Shown in pieces: positions 59,995 to 64,000 of a DNA stretch of 64,000 nucleotides. Each line of letters starts with the position of its first letter. The stretch's first letter is position 1. The position numbers and the translations under genes were made by a program. The notes under the pieces were generated by a model. The model made no database searches. It saw only the letters and a program-made list of their open reading frames with translations, and was not told where the DNA came from. Source of the DNA: Gaiellales bacterium (GTDB lineage: Bacteria > Actinomycetota > Thermoleophilia > Gaiellales > JAICJC01); the NCBI GenBank assembly GCA_035473255.1, contig DATIOK010000068.1, positions 11,858-75,857 on the forward strand. Reading direction: 5' to 3'.

Positions 59995-61089
59995 TCATGC
60001 GACTGTTTTCTGCCGGGACGAGCGGCGGTCCTCGCGGATCGCGCCCAGCAGAGAGTCGGATGCACCCGGTTCGAACCCCGGCAGCGTGATCCGGAACAGC
60101 GCCCCACCCATCGGCGAATCGCCGACCTCGGCGGTTCCGCCGTGGGCCTCGGCGATCGCCTTCACCAGCGGCAGGCCGAGGCCCGCGCCACCCCCGCCGG
60201 CTGCGCGGCCGGCGCGGGTGAAGCGCTCGAACACCTCCGGGCGGCGGTCGGGATCGATGCCGCAGCCCGAGTCGGCAACCTCGATCACGGCTCGCGTACC
60301 CTCGGCGCGCGCCGTGATCGAGATCGCGTCGCCCTCCGCGGTGAACCGCAGGGCGTTCTCGACCAGCGCATCCAGCGCCTGGCCGATCTGCTCGACGTCG
60401 ACCGTGACCGTCCCTTCGGCCTCGATGTCGACGCGCCAGCGCCGGTCGGCCGTGGCGCCCCAGCGGCGGGCGCTGTCGACCACCAGCTCCTCGAGCTCGA
60501 TCTGCTCGGGGCGCAGGAACCCGGTATGGCCGGCCGCGGCGAGCACCAGCAGGCGATGCGAAATCCGTGACAGCTGCTCCAGCTCGTGCAGCACGATGGC
60601 GGCGTCATCACCGGTCTCGGTGCCGATGTGCGACTCGCGGATCAGATCGGCGTGGCCGCGTGCGACGGCGATCGGCGTCCGCAGCAGGTGCGACGCGTCA
60701 CGCGCGAAGCTGCGCTCGGTCTCGGCAGCTCGTCGCACCTCGACCAGCGCCGCCTCGCGGCGGCGCGCGTGCCACACCATCGCAAGGAACATCGCCGACA
60801 TCAACGGGATCTCCGTCAGCTCGTCGATGCCGGGGCCGCCGGTGGCCTCCGCCGCGTGCACCAGCCCGACGCCCGTAATCAGACAGACGACCGACAGCAC
60901 CACGGCGGTCAGCCGCAGCCCCCACACGCGGAACCCGTAGAACAGCGTCAGGCTCACCCAGATGAAGTGGAACGGGACGGTCGTCCAGCTGGTCAGGTGC
61001 CAGAGTACGAGGACGTTGGCTGCCCAGAATGCCCCCAGGCCGACGTCCTGCCAGTACCTACGAACCAATGAAGCTGTATCCGACACCAC
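59995..61089 (-). CDS. sensor histidine kinase (membrane-embedded sensor, no obvious periplasmic domain)
   Basis: About four N-terminal TMs with very short loops. The HisKA motif is RDASHLLRTPIAVARGHADLI. The HATPase_c motifs are ENALRFT, VADSGCGIDP and GGGAGLGLPLVKAIAEAHGG. The GTG start overlaps the regulator gene by 32 nt. Confidence 0.85.
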   Translation of the reverse strand: MVSDTASLVRRYWQDVGLGAFWAANVLVLWHLTSWTTVPFHFIWVSLTLFYGFRVWGLRLTAVVLSVVCLITGVGLVHAAEATGGPGIDELTEIPLMSAMFLAMVWHARRREAALVEVRRAAETERSFARDASHLLRTPIAVARGHADLIRESHIGTETGDDAAIVLHELEQLSRISHRLLVLAAAGHTGFLRPEQIELEELVVDSARRWGATADRRWRVDIEAEGTVTVDVEQIGQALDALVENALRFTAEGDAISITARAEGTRAVIEVADSGCGIDPDRRPEVFERFTRAGRAAGGGGAGLGLPLVKAIAEAHGGTAEVGDSPMGGALFRITLPGFEPGASDSLLGAIREDRRSSRQKTVA

Positions 61090-61726
61090 GCACCGTTTCG
61101 ATCGCTCGTGTTCCCACCTTGGCCCGCAACCGGGCCACGTACACGTCGACCACGTTCGTGCCGGGGTCGAACGTGTAGCCCCAGACCCGCTCCAGCAGCT
61201 CGTCGCGCGTGCACACCTCGGTCGGGTGTCGCATCAGATGCTCCAGCAACACGAACTCCCGGGTCGAGAGGCTGCATCGGCCGAGGCCGGTGTCGACCAC
61301 GCGCCGGGCGAGGTCGAGCTCGACCGAGCCGACCCGAAGCGTCCGCTCCGGCTGGAGCGCGGAGGTGGCCTGACGCAGACGGGAGCGGATCCGCGCCACC
61401 AGCTCGCCCAGCTGAATCGGCTTGACCAGGTAGTCGAGCGCGCCCATCTCGAGGCAGCGCACCTTGGTATCGACGTCGGCGATCGCCGACATCACGATCA
61501 TCCGCTGGTTGGGCTCGCGACGCAGCGTCTCGCGCATCAGCGTGACGCCGTCCACCGTCGGCAGCAGCAGGTCCACCAGCATCAGGTCGTAGTTGCCCTG
61601 CTCCGCCATCTGCAGCCCGCGCAGACCGTCGCCGGCGGTGTCAACGCCGAACCCATGCCGCGTCAGTGCGCGTGAGACGAACCTGACCATGTTTGGTTCG
61701 TCGTCGATCACCAATATACGAGCCAC
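61058..61726 (-). CDS. OmpR/PhoB-family response regulator
   Basis: The receiver domain shows RILVIDDEP and DLMLVDLLLPTVDG (phospho-Asp). The winged-helix shows LSTREFVLLEHLMRHPTEVCTRDELLERVWGY and VDVYVARLRAKV. GTG 61726 (VARILVIDD) is preferred over the ORF-track TTG at 61756, because a G-run SD and the promoter below fit it. Confidence 0.85.
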   Translation of the reverse strand: MARILVIDDEPNMVRFVSRALTRHGFGVDTAGDGLRGLQMAEQGNYDLMLVDLLLPTVDGVTLMRETLRREPNQRMIVMSAIADVDTKVRCLEMGALDYLVKPIQLGELVARIRSRLRQATSALQPERTLRVGSVELDLARRVVDTGLGRCSLSTREFVLLEHLMRHPTEVCTRDELLERVWGYTFDPGTNVVDVYVARLRAKVGTRAIETVRGVGYSFIGS

Positions 61727-61755
61727 TTGCGGAGCCCCCCCAACGTTCTGGCGCA

Positions 61756-61784
61756 ACGGTACGTGACCGATTGTTTGATGTCAA
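61756..61784 (-). promoter_or_regulatory. near-consensus sigma-70-type promoter upstream of the two-component system
   Basis: On the minus strand: TTGACA (61784..61779), a 17-nt spacer, then TACCGT (61761..61756). The predicted start of transcription would leave a leader of about 25 nt containing GGGGGGG before GTG 61726. Confidence 0.4.
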
Positions 61785-61848
61785 CGTTGCGTCCGGTCGC
61801 GTCGACCAGCCTGACTTGGCGCATGTTGACCTGAAAGAGAACTGTTTG

Positions 61849-62733
61849 CTAGCGGAGGGATGCGACGGCTGTGCGAAGCGCCGTCGTCAGCGGCTGCACG
61901 GAGGCCACCCGGCCCTCGATCTCCTCGAGGTCTTCGACGTCGTACTGGTCCTCCCACACGTATGCCAGCGAGCCGCGCTCGTACTGGAACGTGGTCTGGG
62001 GGAACTCGTTGTTGATCAGGCGCACCAGCAGCGCCGGCGTGAAGATGCGCAGCACCGCCGCCTGGTCGGCACCGTCGTTGACCATCAGCGAGAACCGCTT
62101 GTTGAACTCGACGCTCTCGGTCTCGACCTGGCGGCTCGGCCCGAAGGCGGCCGCCAGCTTGTTCAGGAACCCGATCCCGCGGTCGGCCAGCTGCACGGTG
62201 TCAACGCCGGCAACGGCGCCGACCTCCAGGCGCAGTACCGTGTGGCGGTGCTTCACCTCCTCCGTGTACGTCTCCGTGGTCATGTGACCCTGAGCGTCGG
62301 TCGCGGTGCGCGTGCGAGTCTCGAACGTGGAGTAGGTGAAGTTGAAGATCAGCCCGGGCACGTCGCACATCGGGCCCGAGAAGCCGTCGGACGCTTCCAT
62401 CCGCTGCTTGTCCCGGCAGAAGGCGACGTCGGTCGGCAGCGGCGGTGAGGGCTGGTACTCCCAGCCGTGCTCCTTCGCCCATTGGTGCATGACCTGGTCC
62501 TTGGCGGCGCTCGACGCCTGCGACCGCAGCACCAAGTGGTAGATGACCGGCCCGGCCAGCGCCCCGACCAGGCCGACCACGATCAGCAACGGCACGGTGA
62601 AGATCCCGATCATGGCCACGACAACGCCGGGCACGGTGCAGAGGCCGAGCGTGCGATGGTAGGTGGGCCGCCCCGTCAGCTCAGCCATGCGGGCATCGCG
62701 CGCGGCCCGGTATCGCTCGCGGCTGGTCGCCAT
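61849..62733 (-). CDS. membrane protein of unknown function
   Basis: ATG 62733..62731 (MATSRERYRAARD...). There are two adjacent TMs (VVVAMIGIFTVPLLIVVGLVGALAGPVIY), then a mixed-composition soluble domain of about 210 aa. 1-nt overlap with the upstream gene. The upstream 69 codons of the track ORF are Arg/Gly-rich. Confidence 0.6.
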   Translation of the reverse strand: MATSRERYRAARDARMAELTGRPTYHRTLGLCTVPGVVVAMIGIFTVPLLIVVGLVGALAGPVIYHLVLRSQASSAAKDQVMHQWAKEHGWEYQPSPPLPTDVAFCRDKQRMEASDGFSGPMCDVPGLIFNFTYSTFETRTRTATDAQGHMTTETYTEEVKHRHTVLRLEVGAVAGVDTVQLADRGIGFLNKLAAAFGPSRQVETESVEFNKRFSLMVNDGADQAAVLRIFTPALLVRLINNEFPQTTFQYERGSLAYVWEDQYDVEDLEEIEGRVASVQPLTTALRTAVASLR

Positions 62734-63407
62734 CAGCCGGCTCCCGCAATGGCCGGCTGCAGGTGCAGCTGCTCGTGTGCGCCCAGGTAGCGTCGGGAGG
62801 GGATGGTCACATCGGCTTCCCACACCGCCTTCGCGTCGGCCAGCACCTCGCGGGCCTGGTAGCGCACCATCTTTGCCGCCGGCACGCGGCCCCAGTCGGG
62901 CACGGTCAACGCGTCTGCGTCGACGCCCACCGACCGGCACAGGTAGACGGCGCGCGGGGCGTGGTAGCTCTGCGTCACCACGACGGCGCTCTGCACTCCG
63001 AAGATGTGGCGTGCCCGGTGGCAGGAGTCGTACGTGTCGAAGCCGGCGTAGTCGAGGGTGATGGCGGCCGCCGGCACGCCGTGGGCGATGGCGTAGGCCC
63101 GCATGGCGGTGGGCTCATCGTGGCCGGCGACGTGGTTGTCCCCGGACATCAGCAGGCCGTCGACCCTGCCCATGCGGTACAGGCGAATGGCCGCGTCCAG
63201 GCGATCGGCGAGAAACCAGCTGGGCGTCCCTTTGGCGGTGAGGCCGGCGCCCAGCACCAGCGCGACCTGGTGGTGTGAGACGTCGGCCGCGTCGGACGTG
63301 AGGCCCGCGCCGGTGCCGACCCGGATCAGGAGCACCGGCACGAACAGCAGGGCGACGGCCGCCACCAGCAGTCCAGCTGCTATCAGCATCCGACGGCGTC
63401 GTAACAT
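62733..63407 (-). CDS. SanA/YdcF (DUF218) family membrane-anchored protein
   Basis: ATG 63407..63405 (MLRRRRMLIAAGLLVAAVALLFVPVLL). ALVLGAGL....PSWFLADRLDAAIRLY......LLMSGDN......EPTAMRAY and VVTQSYHAPRAVYL fit the DUF218/SanA pattern. Confidence 0.75.
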   Translation of the reverse strand: MLRRRRMLIAAGLLVAAVALLFVPVLLIRVGTGAGLTSDAADVSHHQVALVLGAGLTAKGTPSWFLADRLDAAIRLYRMGRVDGLLMSGDNHVAGHDEPTAMRAYAIAHGVPAAAITLDYAGFDTYDSCHRARHIFGVQSAVVVTQSYHAPRAVYLCRSVGVDADALTVPDWGRVPAAKMVRYQAREVLADAKAVWEADVTIPSRRYLGAHEQLHLQPAIAGAG

Positions 63408-63463
63408 TGGCGGAGACCCTACCGGTGCGGCAGGCTGACGTCCGCGGTTTCGACGCCGTTTCG

Positions 63464-64000
63464 TTACGTTGCGACGCGGCCGCGCCGCGACAGCGCGTCG
63501 ATGATGACCGCGGCCAGCAGCACCAGGGCGGTCACCATGTACTGGGCCGAGGCGGTGAAGCCAACCAGCCCCATGCCGTTGTCGATGGCGGCGATCACGA
63601 TGCCGCCCAGCACCCCGTGCACAGCCTTGCCGCGTCCGCCGAACAGGCTGGTGCCGCCGATCACAGCAGCAGCCACGGCGTACAGCACCAGCGTGCCGCC
63701 GTTCACCGCGGTGGAGATCGACTGCAGCCGTGACGCGTAGACGATGCCGGCGATGCCGGCCGTGAACGAGCACAGCACGAACGCGAGCGTGCGGACCCAC
63801 ATCACGTCGACGCCGGCGCGGCGGGCGGCCTCGGCGTTGCCGCCGATGGCATAGATGTAGCGGCCCAGCTTGGTGCGCCCGAGCAGGAACGTCCAGATCA
63901 CGAGCACTCCCAGCACCAGCAGCACCACCCACGGGACGCCCCTGATCGGTACGAGTATGCCGCGATTGGTATTGCAGAGCAGCACCAGCGCGACGCCTGC
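63464..64000 (-). CDS. sugar ABC transporter permease (RbsC/XylH-type), C-terminal part; gene continues beyond the right edge
   Basis: LGRTKLGRYIYAIGGNAEAARRAGVDV and TSLFGGRGKAVHGVLGGIVIAAIDNGM are typical of the binding-protein-dependent monosaccharide permease family. The reading frame is open to the window end. Confidence 0.75.
   Translation of the reverse strand, partial: AGVALVLLCNTNRGILVPIRGVPWVVLLVLGVLVIWTFLLGRTKLGRYIYAIGGNAEAARRAGVDVMWVRTLAFVLCSFTAGIAGIVYASRLQSISTAVNGGTLVLYAVAAAVIGGTSLFGGRGKAVHGVLGGIVIAAIDNGMGLVGFTASAQYMVTALVLLAAVIIDALSRRGRVAT

Overview
Very GC-rich bacterial chromosome segment. Third codon positions are dominated by G/C, and there are many long spurious antisense ORFs. 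Gene content and order look Actinobacteria-like; this is an inference from the pdxS-pdxT-yebC-ruvCAB ... secDF ... recJ-relA backbone. No database or HMM search was possible, so every family call rests on motifs I recognise in the supplied translations or in my own reading of the DNA. Start codons were chosen by hand (frame-checked, signal peptides, SD-like runs, stop/start overlaps), and many are GTG or TTG.

Content: about 58 protein genes, one tRNA-Met, no rRNA, no CRISPR, no integrase or transposase.
- 1-18.9 kb is mostly housekeeping: GNAT, O-methyltransferase, PQQ sugar dehydrogenase, Crp/Fnr, PLP synthase, YebC, DedA, RuvCAB, proline iminopeptidase, QueA, Tgt, SecDF, GAF-HD-GYP.
- 19.2-27.5 kb is a compact glycan-modification cassette: two sulfotransferases, ATP-grasp ligase, deacetylase-like protein, Wzx flippase, GT4, AlkP-family enzyme.
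- 27.5-43.1 kb is mixed housekeeping and stress: OsmC, AhpD-like, UbiB-like kinase, ABC-F, RecJ, Rel, PMM/PGM, GNATs, HIT, CorA, LOG.
- 43.1-61.8 kb is the stand-out region. It is a minus-strand, translationally coupled operon behind an OmpR-type two-component system. It encodes a 1755-aa secreted Cna-B/beta-helix giant and three tandem two-domain multicopper-oxidase paralogs whose copper ligands are split in a complementary way. These are followed by a Met/His small protein, a CopC-CopD fusion, an S8 protease sharing a C-terminal module with one of the oxidase paralogs, and an NlpC/P60 hydrolase.

A hairpin-rich element flanked by terminal inverted repeats (TIRs) sits between ruvB and pip. 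One end of it recurs as a 16-nt copy at 37.5 kb.

ATGA/GTGA stop-start overlaps are pervasive: 4017, 7520, 9575, 10162, 13915, 23472, 24980, 27520, 28020, 38004, 40316, 44057, 48078, 48581, 54633.
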